Shown here piece after piece: positions 8,579-18,548 of a stretch of DNA of 64,000 nucleotides. Under the pieces are notes generated by a model. The model was not told where the DNA came from and did not search any database. It worked only from the letters and a program-made list of their open reading frames with translations. Each line of letters starts with the position of its first letter. Within the stretch, counting starts at the first letter, position 1. The translations under genes and the position numbers were made by a program. Location of the stretch: the UHGV virus genome UHGV-0179803; one strand, 5' to 3'. Source of the stretch: a virus.

Positions 8579-8964
8579 ATACGAACCCCATCTGCTGGCC
8601 CAGAGTATCGCTCAGGTTCCGTTACCGGATCACTGGCTGCTGGAGCTTCCATTCGCATCTGAGCCTGATCTCCATCCATATAAAGCCAGAACTCTATCTC
8701 TTCACCAGAAGAAAGGATAGCATAACCGTGGAAGAAATCTTTGTTCTTAGTCAACTTTTCGTCAATTGTTGCTTCGACACAAACTTCTTCATAGCCACTT
8801 TTTTGTAGCGTGTACGTTGCAACCTGGCAAGCATAAGCCTCTTGATCTCTGTAATCTTCACCCAGTGAATGAATGATGAAACCCAAGCCTAATCCGCAAA
8901 ACAGGATAATGCCTAAAGCAAGCATACACTTGGCGAAAGCAACACTGAACAGAAAATTTTTCAT
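8575..8964 (-). CDS. membrane or secreted protein
   Basis: N-terminal hydrophobic segments (FLFSVAFAKCMLALGIILFCGLGLGFII). Confidence 0.4.
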   Translation of the reverse strand: MKNFLFSVAFAKCMLALGIILFCGLGLGFIIHSLGEDYRDQEAYACQVATYTLQKSGYEEVCVEATIDEKLTKNKDFFHGYAILSSGEEIEFWLYMDGDQAQMRMEAPAASDPVTEPERYSGPADGVRI

Positions 8965-9094
8965 ACAATGAACCTCATAGCTTCAACAAACAGAAGACCT
9001 AATGCTGCACCGAACGCAAACCAGCACACCCCATCAATTAACTCCTTAATGAACTTTTTCATGTTGCCCTCTCTTACACATCCTTGTGTAACAT

Positions 9095-9550
9095 TTATTC
9101 AAAAAGTAGCTCTACGTGGTGTAAAATAAGCATTAATTGCATTAACACAATGACAAGAACTACCCAGTTGGCTTTATTATTAACAATTTTACGAATCTTT
9201 TCAGAACGTGATTCAGGTAGAGATCTCAGGATACGCTCTACTGAACGATTCATATCACGGATAGCCATTTTAAAACTGTCCGATCCTTCATCTTGCTCCG
9301 TAACCACGTCGAAAGCACAGTCTTTAGCGTTACCTCCAGAACCACGAGTCACAATGAGTCGATACATTGACACAGAATAATGTGTATTCGACTCAGCGTC
9401 ATAGATGCTGAGAACTTCTTTGGTATGGTCAATTGCTGATGAAAGTTTAATCGCACCAGCTGTCGTCTCAATTTTACCAGCCTCAAGGAGCATTAACCAA
9501 TGCTTTTTATCCAGATTCTCAAGACTAGATCTGACGTACTTCACAAACAT
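9095..9550 (-). CDS. tail-anchored membrane protein
   Basis: 151 aa with C-terminal hydrophobic helix WVVLVIVLMQLMLIL. Confidence 0.4.
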   Translation of the reverse strand: MFVKYVRSSLENLDKKHWLMLLEAGKIETTAGAIKLSSAIDHTKEVLSIYDAESNTHYSVSMYRLIVTRGSGGNAKDCAFDVVTEQDEGSDSFKMAIRDMNRSVERILRSLPESRSEKIRKIVNNKANWVVLVIVLMQLMLILHHVELLFE

Positions 9551-9763
9551 TTAATCCTCCTTGCCGAAAGTTAAAAAGAAGTTAAAATCATCAATCCAGT
9601 CCCAATTAGAGCGGATCATAGGCCACGATTTATCACCATGCTCAACATTGTGGGCGCGATAGTCCATCTCCCACACATCAATTAGCTGGTGCATATACTC
9701 TTTAGCCTGCTCAAGAGACATGTTGTCAGGATCAATTTTTGTAATGTCAATCATCTTCATCAT
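9551..9763 (-). CDS. hypothetical protein
   Basis: 70-aa ORF. Confidence 0.35.
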   Translation of the reverse strand: MMKMIDITKIDPDNMSLEQAKEYMHQLIDVWEMDYRAHNVEHGDKSWPMIRSNWDWIDDFNFFLTFGKED

Positions 9764-9994
9764 CCTCTTTTAGTTTGTGATAAAGGATAATTGCACCCGC
9801 TAAGATAACAAAAAACAGGCACACCCCAGTCAACATCTCAACCAACATTGCTTGGCCCATGATCAACCTCTTCAATTAGCTCAACAACTTCATGTAGCAA
9901 GTTTTGCAACAAAATTTGATCAGCCAATGTTTTAGCATTGTTTCTGTGGTCTTTTATGATGTGGAGCACTTGCCACAACAATTGGGCATGAATA

Positions 9995-10213
9995 TCATCT
10001 TCCATCACCACCTCCTCTCAGCTTACGCATATTCTTAACCCAATCGATTACACCGATCAGCAAGCCCAGGAACAGGAAAGGCCACAATCCTGCCAACCCA
10101 AGGATATTATGAACATCATCACCATCAATCCGACGTTTAGTCTTCATACACAGGATTGCCAGAACAATCATCAACAATCCTGCTACACCGAAATATAGTT
10201 CAACAATGCCCAT
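9995..10213 (-). CDS. small two-TM membrane protein (holin-like topology)
   Basis: 72 aa with two hydrophobic helices and charged C-terminus; not adjacent to the endolysin. Confidence 0.35.
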   Translation of the reverse strand: MGIVELYFGVAGLLMIVLAILCMKTKRRIDGDDVHNILGLAGLWPFLFLGLLIGVIDWVKNMRKLRGGGDGR

Positions 10214-10224
10214 TGTGTCAACTC

Positions 10225-10740
10225 CTATTTAAATTCTGCCATACTGCGGATCATCCGATCACGAGCTTTTCTGTGATGAGTACGCATACATTCTTCAAAC
10301 ACTCCAGAGATAAATCTTGAAATGTAATCTCTTTCAGCTTTAGTTAGGAGTTCTTCCTCTTCTATTTCGACAGTTTTGTAAGCATATAGACCACATTCGT
10401 TGTAGCCTTCATAATAATTCACAGCAATTTTAACAGGAAGATCATGACCTTCAAGGGTGAACGGTGTTAACCGACGCTCTGGGTGGCCTGTTTCCTCACC
10501 TTCAACAAAATAAAGCGTATTATCATCGAACGCTTTGTCCATGCAAGCCACAAAAGCAGCTACTGCCTCAGAAACACCAGCGATAAAGTAAGCATATTTA
10601 GCTTTAGCCATCATGATTTGATGACGTTTTACATCTGCTTCAGTGTGCTTTCCTGAAGCATAGTAATAATATGTGTGGATCTTATCCGGCGATACGTAAA
10701 AGTCTTCCCAAGTGTACAGTAGCTTGCTCATAGTGGTCAC
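10225..10740 (-). CDS. hypothetical protein
   Basis: 171-aa ORF. Confidence 0.4.
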   Translation of the reverse strand: MTTMSKLLYTWEDFYVSPDKIHTYYYYASGKHTEADVKRHQIMMAKAKYAYFIAGVSEAVAAFVACMDKAFDDNTLYFVEGEETGHPERRLTPFTLEGHDLPVKIAVNYYEGYNECGLYAYKTVEIEEEELLTKAERDYISRFISGVFEECMRTHHRKARDRMIRSMAEFK

Positions 10741-10970
10741 TCCTCAACTATTTCGAACCCTAAACCGCCATGCTCTGGGAGCGGCAGAAGGGACATGTAG
10801 TAGGTATATCCGGGGGATATTCTTCCCTCTTTTGCACCTGCCTCTAATAAATCAACACCACGAATTATAACAATTGTCGGATCGGTTGTCAAGCGTTTAC
10901 AGGGAACAATTTTGCCAACACAATCACAGAGGGATGGGTAACCGTGGTCGGTAAGGAATTTGACTTTCAT
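10737..10970 (-). CDS. small acidic protein, paralog family (C-terminal EIVEE)
   Basis: 77 aa, starts MKVKFL, ends GFEIVEE. Confidence 0.4.
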   Translation of the reverse strand: MKVKFLTDHGYPSLCDCVGKIVPCKRLTTDPTIVIIRGVDLLEAGAKEGRISPGYTYYMSLLPLPEHGGLGFEIVEE

Positions 10971-11011
10971 TTAAACCTCCTGAAAGGCCATCCCTGGCAG
11001 GCTAAAGAAAC

Positions 11012-11422
11012 TTACTGAACTGTTTTTGGAGCTACCATTGACAATTCTTCAATAGCGAAGAGTTCGTTACCCACAATGATATCTTCTTTTTCGCAGTTTT
11101 CAGGGTCTTCCGCGTAAATCAGAGCTACTTCATCAAATTTACAACCGATGCGATTGCCCTTATTGTCTTCCATCTGCATACGAGGATGTTCAGTCATGCA
11201 GATGTATCCGTCTGTACCGACAGTACCTTCCATAGGTTCCTGACCTGCTACTAGGATCAGGATTGTTGCACCTTTAGGTACAAAACCCATCACCTGAACA
11301 GTGTCACCAACAATACTTTCACCGAAATGAGTTTTCTCAAACATTGTGTCTTTCACCACTGTGGCGAATTCACCGTTCACTTCTTTCTTGCCGCTCTCAC
11401 CTGTTACGATTTCGATTTTCAT
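11012..11422 (-). CDS. hypothetical protein
   Basis: 136-aa ORF starting MKIEIV. Confidence 0.4.
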   Translation of the reverse strand: MKIEIVTGESGKKEVNGEFATVVKDTMFEKTHFGESIVGDTVQVMGFVPKGATILILVAGQEPMEGTVGTDGYICMTEHPRMQMEDNKGNRIGCKFDEVALIYAEDPENCEKEDIIVGNELFAIEELSMVAPKTVQ

Positions 11423-11434
11423 CGTGGACTCCTG

Positions 11435-11695
11435 TTATTTCCAAGTGTTCATGTATTTTATTAAATCTAACATATCCCTGCCATGATCCAGATCATAAAT
11501 TTCATCAGCCGGAATCATGCCAGTCAGTCTTTTGAAGTGCTCATCCTTACGCAGCATCTCACGGCACCACCAACCGCTACCTTCAGGTTTTTCACCTTGT
11601 GTGATGAATAGCTCTGTATAGTGTTTGTTTTTGCGGAACCAGATGTTGAATTTAACGTAAGCCATAAGCACCTCCGATGTTTTGAATAGTAACAC
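11435..11695 (-). CDS. hypothetical protein
   Basis: 86-aa ORF. Confidence 0.35.
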   Translation of the reverse strand: MLLFKTSEVLMAYVKFNIWFRKNKHYTELFITQGEKPEGSGWWCREMLRKDEHFKRLTGMIPADEIYDLDHGRDMLDLIKYMNTWK

Positions 11696-11702
11696 ACATC
11701 TA

Positions 11703-11999
11703 TTACCATGTCAACATCAAAAACACAAATACAGCATCTTTTTCTGGATTCATCCCGATCACATCCACAGATATACCACCAGATCTTAGGTCAGCTATCA
11801 TGTGAGGAATGTAATCTGACAGATGCTCAGGTATTTTCAGCGTGAATGAGCAGCCAAAGAAGCCTGCAACTGCCTTTTCTTTGGCTGTAGCCACAACTGC
11901 ATCATAAAGCTCGTTCATCTCTTTAGGAAGCGTTACAGGAGCTTTCATGGCCAGGTTGTGTAGCGTATCTCTTGCGTTCATTATTCTGGTCCTATCCAC
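11703..11999 (-). CDS. hypothetical protein
   Basis: 98-aa ORF. Confidence 0.35.
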   Translation of the reverse strand: MDRTRIMNARDTLHNLAMKAPVTLPKEMNELYDAVVATAKEKAVAGFFGCSFTLKIPEHLSDYIPHMIADLRSGGISVDVIGMNPEKDAVFVFLMLTW

Positions 12000-12499
12000 A
12001 TGAATGGTGGAAGTTTCAGCAGGTCCTGTTTATCCCACACAAAGAAGGCATACGCCTGACCATCAGTTCTGCCGTTCTCCTGGAAGGATGGACGCTTGGC
12101 AATGGTGATTATCGTTGTGGGTTGGTGGGTTTGCCACCACTCATAACGTGTCTTTGACTCAAGAAAATTCAGACGAAGTAGCATGATCACCACATCAGCA
12201 TCACTCAGACCTTTCTCAATAAACTCTTGAGCTTTAGAGAAGGGCGGGTTGGTCACAATGCAGTTAACATGTGGGTAATCTGTTTTCAGATAGTCCACAC
12301 CTTCCTGAATTTCACCCCAGGCTGAACCTAACGGCATATTGCTGTAGAACGGCCCTGTTGCACTGTTTCTGCACGGCTCCATGAACGTGAAGTGGTCAGG
12401 GAAGTCAATCAGTTCGAATAGTGCATCCGCTAAATATTGTGGGGTGACATATTCATCATAGGGTTTACGTTCACTATCTGGCTTGCGAGCACAGGTCAT
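11981..12499 (-). CDS. DNA N6-adenine methyltransferase (small phage Dam-like)
   Basis: motif NCIVTNPPF (NPPF/DPPY catalytic motif IV); 172 aa; no adjacent restriction endonuclease. Confidence 0.7.
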   Translation of the reverse strand: MTCARKPDSERKPYDEYVTPQYLADALFELIDFPDHFTFMEPCRNSATGPFYSNMPLGSAWGEIQEGVDYLKTDYPHVNCIVTNPPFSKAQEFIEKGLSDADVVIMLLRLNFLESKTRYEWWQTHQPTTIITIAKRPSFQENGRTDGQAYAFFVWDKQDLLKLPPFMWIGPE

Positions 12500-12514
12500 A
12501 AATAAATCTCCAGA

Positions 12515-12540
12515 TCAAAAAAGCCCTCCGAAGAGGGCTT
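12515..12540 (-). terminator. rho-independent terminator
   Basis: minus-strand hairpin AAGCCCTC-TTCG-GAGGGCTT followed by TTTTTTGATC, directly after the ClpP-like gene. Confidence 0.6.
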
Positions 12541-12553
12541 AGCGTTATGTTAA

Positions 12554-13567
12554 TCAGCCCAGCAATTTATCATGAAGATCTTTGCCAGCTTTGATGATTT
12601 TTTTAACCAGACGACCACGGTTGTTGTCTTTAACTTCAATTTCTTCACCAGTTAAAGCACCGTGTAACTGAACCAGAATCTCACGGAGTTCTGCAACAGT
12701 GAAGTCTTTCAGCTCTTCTTCACTTAACGTTGCAACGTTCAGTTTAAAGTTACGACCATCGTCCATCAGCAGATTCAGATAAACATCTTTCGGTTTATCT
12801 TCTTCCTTGTCTTTAGCTTTCGCTTCATGGATAGCTTTTACCAGTTCTTCCATAGAATTGCATTGACGAACTTCCGGTAAACCTTCTTCACCTAACAAGC
12901 CACGGTCTTTGTTGAAAGGCAGAGCCTGCTGACCAGCCTGAATACGTGCAATATTCTCTTCGTCAAGGATGATTGCACCAGTGCGTTCAGCCATGTCTTC
13001 TTCGTTCAACCAGACCTGACCACCACCTTTAATTTTCGCAATCTCTTCTTCAGTCAGAACACCAGTGTACATTTTATCAATCAAGCGATCAAAATGACGT
13101 TTGAAGAAAGTTACCTGATCGTGCATGTTAGCACCGTCACCATAAGTCCCGCCCTGGTAGTTATGGAACATGAATTCACAGTTCGGAGACAAAGTACGTT
13201 CTTTTGCACCTAACCACAGAATAGTACCAGCAGAGCAGACCATACCTTCAGCGTGAGTAACTACATGGCCCTGAGATTCACGCATTGCTTGGAGATAAGC
13301 CATAGCAATGTTAACGCAACCCCCTGGGCTATTGATGATAATTCTAATAGAATCATCAGGTTGCAGCATACGAATCAGTTGTAAACGAGATAGATGGTCC
13401 TGAAGGTCTTCTAAGTCATCAATATAGATGACATGATCCATAACCGGAGCAGGATAGCTGTATGTTTCCATGATGCCACCAGGCATACCGAACATTTTGT
13501 TCTGCATCGGTTCTACTGCTTTCTCGTTGCGTTCAGGCTGACGACGATTGTTATAAAATTTGTTCAT
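12554..13567 (-). CDS. ClpP-family serine peptidase with C-terminal extension
   Basis: IIINSPGGCVNIAMAYLQAM...MVCSAGTILWLGA...FMFHNY matches ClpP (S14) core; likely ATG 13567 (MNKFYNN), GTG at 13609 possible. Confidence 0.7.
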   Translation of the reverse strand: MNKFYNNRRQPERNEKAVEPMQNKMFGMPGGIMETYSYPAPVMDHVIYIDDLEDLQDHLSRLQLIRMLQPDDSIRIIINSPGGCVNIAMAYLQAMRESQGHVVTHAEGMVCSAGTILWLGAKERTLSPNCEFMFHNYQGGTYGDGANMHDQVTFFKRHFDRLIDKMYTGVLTEEEIAKIKGGGQVWLNEEDMAERTGAIILDEENIARIQAGQQALPFNKDRGLLGEEGLPEVRQCNSMEELVKAIHEAKAKDKEEDKPKDVYLNLLMDDGRNFKLNVATLSEEELKDFTVAELREILVQLHGALTGEEIEVKDNNRGRLVKKIIKAGKDLHDKLLG

Positions 13568-13621
13568 GATAGCGATCCTTATGTGAGGGTAGACTTGTTG
13601 TAGCGTCACTGCATCACCACC

Positions 13622-13939
13622 TTATCTTGCTACAACGTATTTGTAAGTGTTGTCGTTCTCTGGAATTCCTGCAATGTCAACAATGTACCAGATTACACCG
13701 TCTATGTCAACCTTTTCTCCAACAAATTTTACTTCACTTGTGAAATACTCCATAGACTCTGTGAACATCTTGTAAGACGAATTTGTCAAGATTGCCACAC
13801 TTTCTACAGAACCGTCAGGATTCTTAATCCATGCATTACGTGTTCCCTTATTGGCTACGATATAACCTTCACCTTTAGGGACAAGGCAATACACTTTGTT
13901 TAGTCTTTCTTGCAATGATAGGAATCTCTTTTCTGCCAT
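13622..13939 (-). CDS. hypothetical protein
   Basis: 105-aa ORF downstream of own promoter. Confidence 0.45.
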   Translation of the reverse strand: MAEKRFLSLQERLNKVYCLVPKGEGYIVANKGTRNAWIKNPDGSVESVAILTNSSYKMFTESMEYFTSEVKFVGEKVDIDGVIWYIVDIAGIPENDNTYKYVVAR

Positions 13940-13965
13940 ACTTCGTTCTCCTCTTTATGGGACTA

Positions 13966-13994
13966 ACTATAACAGAAACGATGAGGGTTGTCAA
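13966..13994 (-). promoter_or_regulatory. sigma70-type promoter (minus strand)
   Basis: minus-strand TTGACA (13994..13989), 17-nt spacer, TATAGT (13971..13966). Confidence 0.5.
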
Positions 13995-14033
13995 CAGTTT
14001 TCTTTCAATAAATTTTAAAATACTACCCACAAA

Positions 14034-14049
14034 GGGGGCCGAAGCCCCC
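14034..14049 (-). terminator. hairpin terminator after phoH
   Basis: GGGGGC-CGAA-GCCCCC hairpin followed on minus strand by TTTGTGGG; 14 nt past phoH stop. Confidence 0.5.
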
Positions 14050-14062
14050 GTGTTGTGAGTGA

Positions 14063-14851
14063 TTATTCAGATACCGGAGTCCAGATTTTATTTTTACGGT
14101 CTTCAATAAGGTTAAGAGCAATCTGGCGACCAATACCAGAACGGACTACATCATCTGGACTATCGAAGTCTACCATACCAACTTCTTCGTCCGGGTGACG
14201 AGTGAAGAAGTCAGTAACCCATGCAAGGCCAGAACGACCTGCAATATCGCGTTGCGAGTTATCACCCATGATTACCAGCGTTGCCTGGTCTGAAACACGA
14301 GTGATGATCGACAACATTTCTTCCGGTGAAGTTTGCTGTGCTTCGTCAATCAGTACAAAGCAGCGTTCGTCGAAAGAACGACCACGAATTGATTCAACTT
14401 CGCAAATCTCAATGCGGCTGTTCTGACCATCACCAAGCATAGCTGCAAATGCACCACCACCAACCTGACGGCGAATAGTGTCCATCATGCTACGCAAATA
14501 AGGCCAAAGTTTCTGCATCGCATTACCAGGTTTAAACCCTGAAGTTTTACCAGTCTGAACATATGGACGTGCAACAATGATTTTATCAATCTCATTTTTG
14601 CGTAACTGTTGACCAGCAAAAGCTGAAGCCATGAACGTTTTACCGCTACCGAACACACCGTTTACGATAACAATCTTCTTAGTTTGTAAGAAGTGCAGAT
14701 ATAACCCTTGTTTTTTGTTGAGAGGACGGATAGCAGGAGCATTATACTCACGTTCTTCAGCAAATTTTTCCGCTGCGTGTCTCATACGCTCGTTTTTACG
14801 AGCTTCTTTAGCATCTTCACGCATACGACGAGTTTCGCGACTTCTACCCAT
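14063..14851 (-). CDS. phoH: PhoH-like ATPase
   Basis: Walker A VIVNGVFGSGKTFMA, Walker B CFVLIDEAQ, 262 aa; RBS AAGGAG before ATG. Confidence 0.9.
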   Translation of the reverse strand: MGRSRETRRMREDAKEARKNERMRHAAEKFAEEREYNAPAIRPLNKKQGLYLHFLQTKKIVIVNGVFGSGKTFMASAFAGQQLRKNEIDKIIVARPYVQTGKTSGFKPGNAMQKLWPYLRSMMDTIRRQVGGGAFAAMLGDGQNSRIEICEVESIRGRSFDERCFVLIDEAQQTSPEEMLSIITRVSDQATLVIMGDNSQRDIAGRSGLAWVTDFFTRHPDEEVGMVDFDSPDDVVRSGIGRQIALNLIEDRKNKIWTPVSE

Positions 14852-14945
14852 TTTGGGACTCCTTAGTTGAGGATAATTGGGGAATATTGTTTCAGACCGC
14901 TACACTTCAGCACCGCACGGCCTAATCAACGGCTGTTTTCTTGAA

Positions 14946-15305
14946 TCATCCCAGGAGTTCAGTTAAAGATTGATCAAGTCCGGCTGCTACGCCTTGTACA
15001 CGAATGTTGAGTTTCTCTGTGTGGATCAGTTCCTCCAGCTCTTTCACGGAGAACTCTTTCGCCATTGCATCCACCATAATCTCCCGCACTTTGGCCTGAG
15101 TTTTAGCTAACAATGCTTTTTCAAGTTGTTTAGCTTTTGCTTCCAGGTCTTTCATTAGGCGAGGATCGGTAGATTTCTGTAGTAACAGGCGAATACCTTC
15201 CAATTCAAATTGAATACTTTCAGCATGGCCTGCCATCATACGTGGAAATACTAAATCCACAAATTCTTGAGCCAAAGCTCTGCGTTTGTCTACATTAATC
15301 GGCAT
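14946..15305 (-). CDS. hypothetical protein
   Basis: 119-aa ORF, ATG overlaps stop of upstream small ORF (TAATG). Confidence 0.4.
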   Translation of the reverse strand: MPINVDKRRALAQEFVDLVFPRMMAGHAESIQFELEGIRLLLQKSTDPRLMKDLEAKAKQLEKALLAKTQAKVREIMVDAMAKEFSVKELEELIHTEKLNIRVQGVAAGLDQSLTELLG

Positions 15306-15427
15306 TATTCTTCTTCCTCTTCTTTTGCTTTACGTTTTGCCCTTTCCATTTCTTCATGTTTACGCCGACGTTTAAGCTCCAGTGCCATTTCTTTCTTCAG
15401 AGCTTTTTTCAGCATTTTCTTAGCCAT
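15305..15427 (-). CDS. small highly charged protein (40 aa)
   Basis: MAKKMLKKALKKEMALELKRRRKHEEMERAKRKAKEEEEE; RBS GAGGAGGGG; below ORF-track cutoff; promoter -35/-10 at 15488..15459. Confidence 0.35.
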   Translation of the reverse strand: MAKKMLKKALKKEMALELKRRRKHEEMERAKRKAKEEEEE

Positions 15428-15525
15428 CTCAAGGCCCCTCCTCTGTTTTGTTGAGCTAAGTATAACAAAGTTTACTGAGCTTTGTCAACCAATCTTTTAA
15501 GTATCATGTATTGTTTGCTTGCTTT

Positions 15526-16011
15526 TCAATCAACCTTGTGCCAGATACCATCTTTCTTAACATAAAAGCACTGATTATCAGAGCCACGGAAAGGTTTCTT
15601 TGTTGGCAGGTCTTTCTCATATCTGCCATCGATAAGCATGTCAGCAAGGCATTCTACCTGGGCACGTACCCAAATCGGTAGTTCTTCCAATACGTAGCCA
15701 GTATACACTAAAATGGTCTTCTTGTCACCAAATTTTTTGCGGATTTCTCGCATTACTGAAAGAATGCCTTCCACGTTATAAGGTGCAAGAGGTTCACCAC
15801 CGAGGAAACTGATTCCGTCGATGTAGTTATTATCCAGATCTTGAAGTATTTTGTCAAGATGTTTTTCTGAAAATGGTGTACCTTTATCTGGGTCGAAATA
15901 GGAAGCGTTAAAACACCCCTTGCAGTGATGTATGCAACCAGACACCCACACAGCAACCCTGATACCTGGCCCCTCTGTATAAGAGGCCGAATCATAACCA
16001 ACTATGTTCAT
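15526..16011 (-). CDS. nrdG: anaerobic ribonucleotide reductase activating protein (radical SAM)
   Basis: CIHHCKGC radical-SAM Cys cluster, immediately downstream of nrdD; start likely MNIVGYD (track start 16089 overlaps nrdD). Confidence 0.85.
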   Translation of the reverse strand: MNIVGYDSASYTEGPGIRVAVWVSGCIHHCKGCFNASYFDPDKGTPFSEKHLDKILQDLDNNYIDGISFLGGEPLAPYNVEGILSVMREIRKKFGDKKTILVYTGYVLEELPIWVRAQVECLADMLIDGRYEKDLPTKKPFRGSDNQCFYVKKDGIWHKVD

Positions 16012-16069
16012 CTTCCTCCCTCCAAAAAGATGCACATCCTTGTGCATCATTAGTAAATTACTCATCATC

Positions 16070-18205
16070 TCACAACATGCAGTGATCACCGCCTACATGT
16101 TTAACCCTCTCTATAACTTCCTGCTGTTTACCAACGTTGAACGGACGAGCGTTTGGTGCACTCAAGTAACCAGATACACGCCGGATTACAGAGAGTGTTG
16201 CAGGATCATGGTTACCACATTCTGGGCATTCGAAACCTTTTGCTGTTGCCTTAGCTTCGCCTTTAAAGCCACATTTCATACAAAAATCAACAGGTTGGTT
16301 TACCCCGTAGTACATAATATGCTTGTAACCAAAATCAATAAGGGCTTCTAAAGCACCGAGGTTATTTCTCAGGTTTGGTGTCTCAATGTAACCAATGTTA
16401 CCTCCGTTGGAGATCGTGGCAAAACCTTCCTCGTATAACCATTTGTCAAAAGGTGTTGTATATAACCACACAGGTTGGTGGAAGCTGTTAGTCAGGTATT
16501 CACGTTCATGTTCCAGCACCCCAGGATACGCTCTGTCTAAGCAAGTAGCTGATTTATAGCATAAACTTTCGCTCGGCGTGCCGTACAAGCTAAAACCTAA
16601 TCTGCTGCGTTCTTTGAACTCAACGCATTTATCCTTCATGTGCTGGAGGATACCCAGAGCAAGGTTTTTGTCGCCTTCCCTACCGAGGATTTGGCATGTT
16701 TCATAAACACCAATGTAGCCGATACTAATCGAAGCATAGCCATCAAAAAACAAACTGTCTATGGTTTCTTCGGGGTCAAGACGGGCAAGAACACCCTCAC
16801 ACCACATGATCGGGTTCTGCCCCGCTTTTGTCCCTTTCAGGCGGTTGACACGAACCATGTGGGCATCGTATGCCAGTTCAAGATATTCATCAAGAACAGC
16901 GTAGAAGTCCGTACCCTCTGTCTTAGCTTTCGCTGCAATCATAGGCAGGTTAAGGCTAACAACACCTAGATTGAAGCGCCCCAGATATTTCTCTTCACCT
17001 GTTTGTTGGTCGATATATTTAGAGAGGTAGCTTCTACATCCCATGCTTGTAACATCACCAGCAGTAGAACCTGTAACTTTTCTGTTCAAAGGCACAGAAA
17101 CAAAGTCTGGGTAAATTCGTTCTGCTGAGCATTCCAAAGCCAGGCGTTTCAGGTCATAATTTGGGTCACCTGGGTTAAGGTTCACACCTTCTTCAAGGAA
17201 GAACAAAACTTTAGGGAATACCGGGGTTATATGATCCTCCCCAATACCACCTTTGTGAACCATAAGATAGTTTTTAGTAATCATCCTCCCAAATTTAGAA
17301 GTATCTAGACCTAAACTGATAGTCAAAAACGGAGTTTGGCCGTTGGTGCTGGTTAATGTGTTGATTTGATAGAGAAAACATTGCATACTATCGTACACAT
17401 CTTTCTCTGTCATTTCATCGGCGACGCTTTCCGGCAAACCGTGTTTTTTACAGAAAGATAAGTTTTTATTATGTGTTTTTTCTACATAAGGTACAAGATA
17501 GCGGTCTATGTGGCTGTACGTCTGCCCACCATATTGCCCACCAGAAACAGCAGCTGAAATTTGTGAAAGAACTGTTGCAGCTACATTAATAGAATTGGGT
17601 GTTCCTATAGTTGCGTTACCTATTGTAAATCCATGCTCCAGCATGTCTGGGTAATTTACAAGACAACAGTTTGTTAATGAACTGATAATATAGTCAAGAT
17701 CGTGCACATGTATAAAACCATCGGTATGTGCCTTCGAAATATGTTCCGGTAGGATCTGTGTCACAGCTAAGTGCTTGCTTAGAATCCCAGCCAGTAAATC
17801 ACGATGAGTGTGCACATGCTTGGTGGGTTTGTTAGCATTCTCCTTGGTGAATTCATCACAGGATTGGTCAAGGAAACCATTAACATCTGCCAGTAGTTTA
17901 CCACCAGCTTCACGATTGTTGTCACGGGTTTTACGGTACTCAATGTAAGCACGGGCAGCATCCAGATAACCATAGCGCATCAAAGCGTTTTCCACCATTG
18001 TGTGGATTTCAGGTACTGTAATCTCCTCTTCATGCTGAGCATAACTTTCCAGCTCAGAAACAATCTCGTCAGCAACAAAGTGTGCTGCATGGAACGCTCT
18101 TACCACATCAGCCCCAGATGCCTCCAGGGCTTTTTGTGCAGCTACCACTATTTTACGAGCATCAAAAGGTTCTGTTGTCAGATCTCTCTTGATTACGTTT
18201 AACAC
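16070..18205 (-). CDS. nrdD: anaerobic ribonucleoside-triphosphate reductase
   Basis: 711 aa; N-terminal ATP-cone; C-terminal Zn ribbon CMKCG...CPECG and glycyl-radical motif RRVSGYL. Confidence 0.95.
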   Translation of the reverse strand: MLNVIKRDLTTEPFDARKIVVAAQKALEASGADVVRAFHAAHFVADEIVSELESYAQHEEEITVPEIHTMVENALMRYGYLDAARAYIEYRKTRDNNREAGGKLLADVNGFLDQSCDEFTKENANKPTKHVHTHRDLLAGILSKHLAVTQILPEHISKAHTDGFIHVHDLDYIISSLTNCCLVNYPDMLEHGFTIGNATIGTPNSINVAATVLSQISAAVSGGQYGGQTYSHIDRYLVPYVEKTHNKNLSFCKKHGLPESVADEMTEKDVYDSMQCFLYQINTLTSTNGQTPFLTISLGLDTSKFGRMITKNYLMVHKGGIGEDHITPVFPKVLFFLEEGVNLNPGDPNYDLKRLALECSAERIYPDFVSVPLNRKVTGSTAGDVTSMGCRSYLSKYIDQQTGEEKYLGRFNLGVVSLNLPMIAAKAKTEGTDFYAVLDEYLELAYDAHMVRVNRLKGTKAGQNPIMWCEGVLARLDPEETIDSLFFDGYASISIGYIGVYETCQILGREGDKNLALGILQHMKDKCVEFKERSRLGFSLYGTPSESLCYKSATCLDRAYPGVLEHEREYLTNSFHQPVWLYTTPFDKWLYEEGFATISNGGNIGYIETPNLRNNLGALEALIDFGYKHIMYYGVNQPVDFCMKCGFKGEAKATAKGFECPECGNHDPATLSVIRRVSGYLSAPNARPFNVGKQQEVIERVKHVGGDHCML

Positions 18206-18227
18206 AGCAAAACTCCTCTAATTTTTA

Positions 18228-18548
18228 TCATTGATAATCTTTTGGATCACCAATGCCGAACTCTTTTTCAGCAATATCTACATCGGTGTCCCGTATTTGA
18301 GCTTCCATCTCTTGTCTGTCAAGTTCTTCCATTATGTTGATGACTTTTCCTTTAAATTCATCAAAATAAACATCATCGCGTAGTCGGTTATCATCTGTGA
18401 GGCCATTGAACCACAACCATCCAACATATTCTGCACGACTACCAAAACCTCTTTCTTCCCATTTTTTACTCATTTTGCCCTCTGTATTATGCTTCAAGTC
18501 CAAACAATTTTTCAAGACGTTTGAAATCGTCAATGTCGAAAGGTTCAT
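18228..18548 (-). CDS. hypothetical protein
   Basis: 106-aa ORF. Confidence 0.35.
   Translation of the reverse strand: MNLSTLTISNVLKNCLDLKHNTEGKMSKKWEERGFGSRAEYVGWLWFNGLTDDNRLRDDVYFDEFKGKVINIMEELDRQEMEAQIRDTDVDIAEKEFGIGDPKDYQ

Noticed and set aside
16640-17973. ORFs 16640..16969 (+) and 17779..17973 (-) inside nrdD
   Set aside because: Antisense or alternative-frame ORFs within a well-supported 711-aa NrdD coding region.
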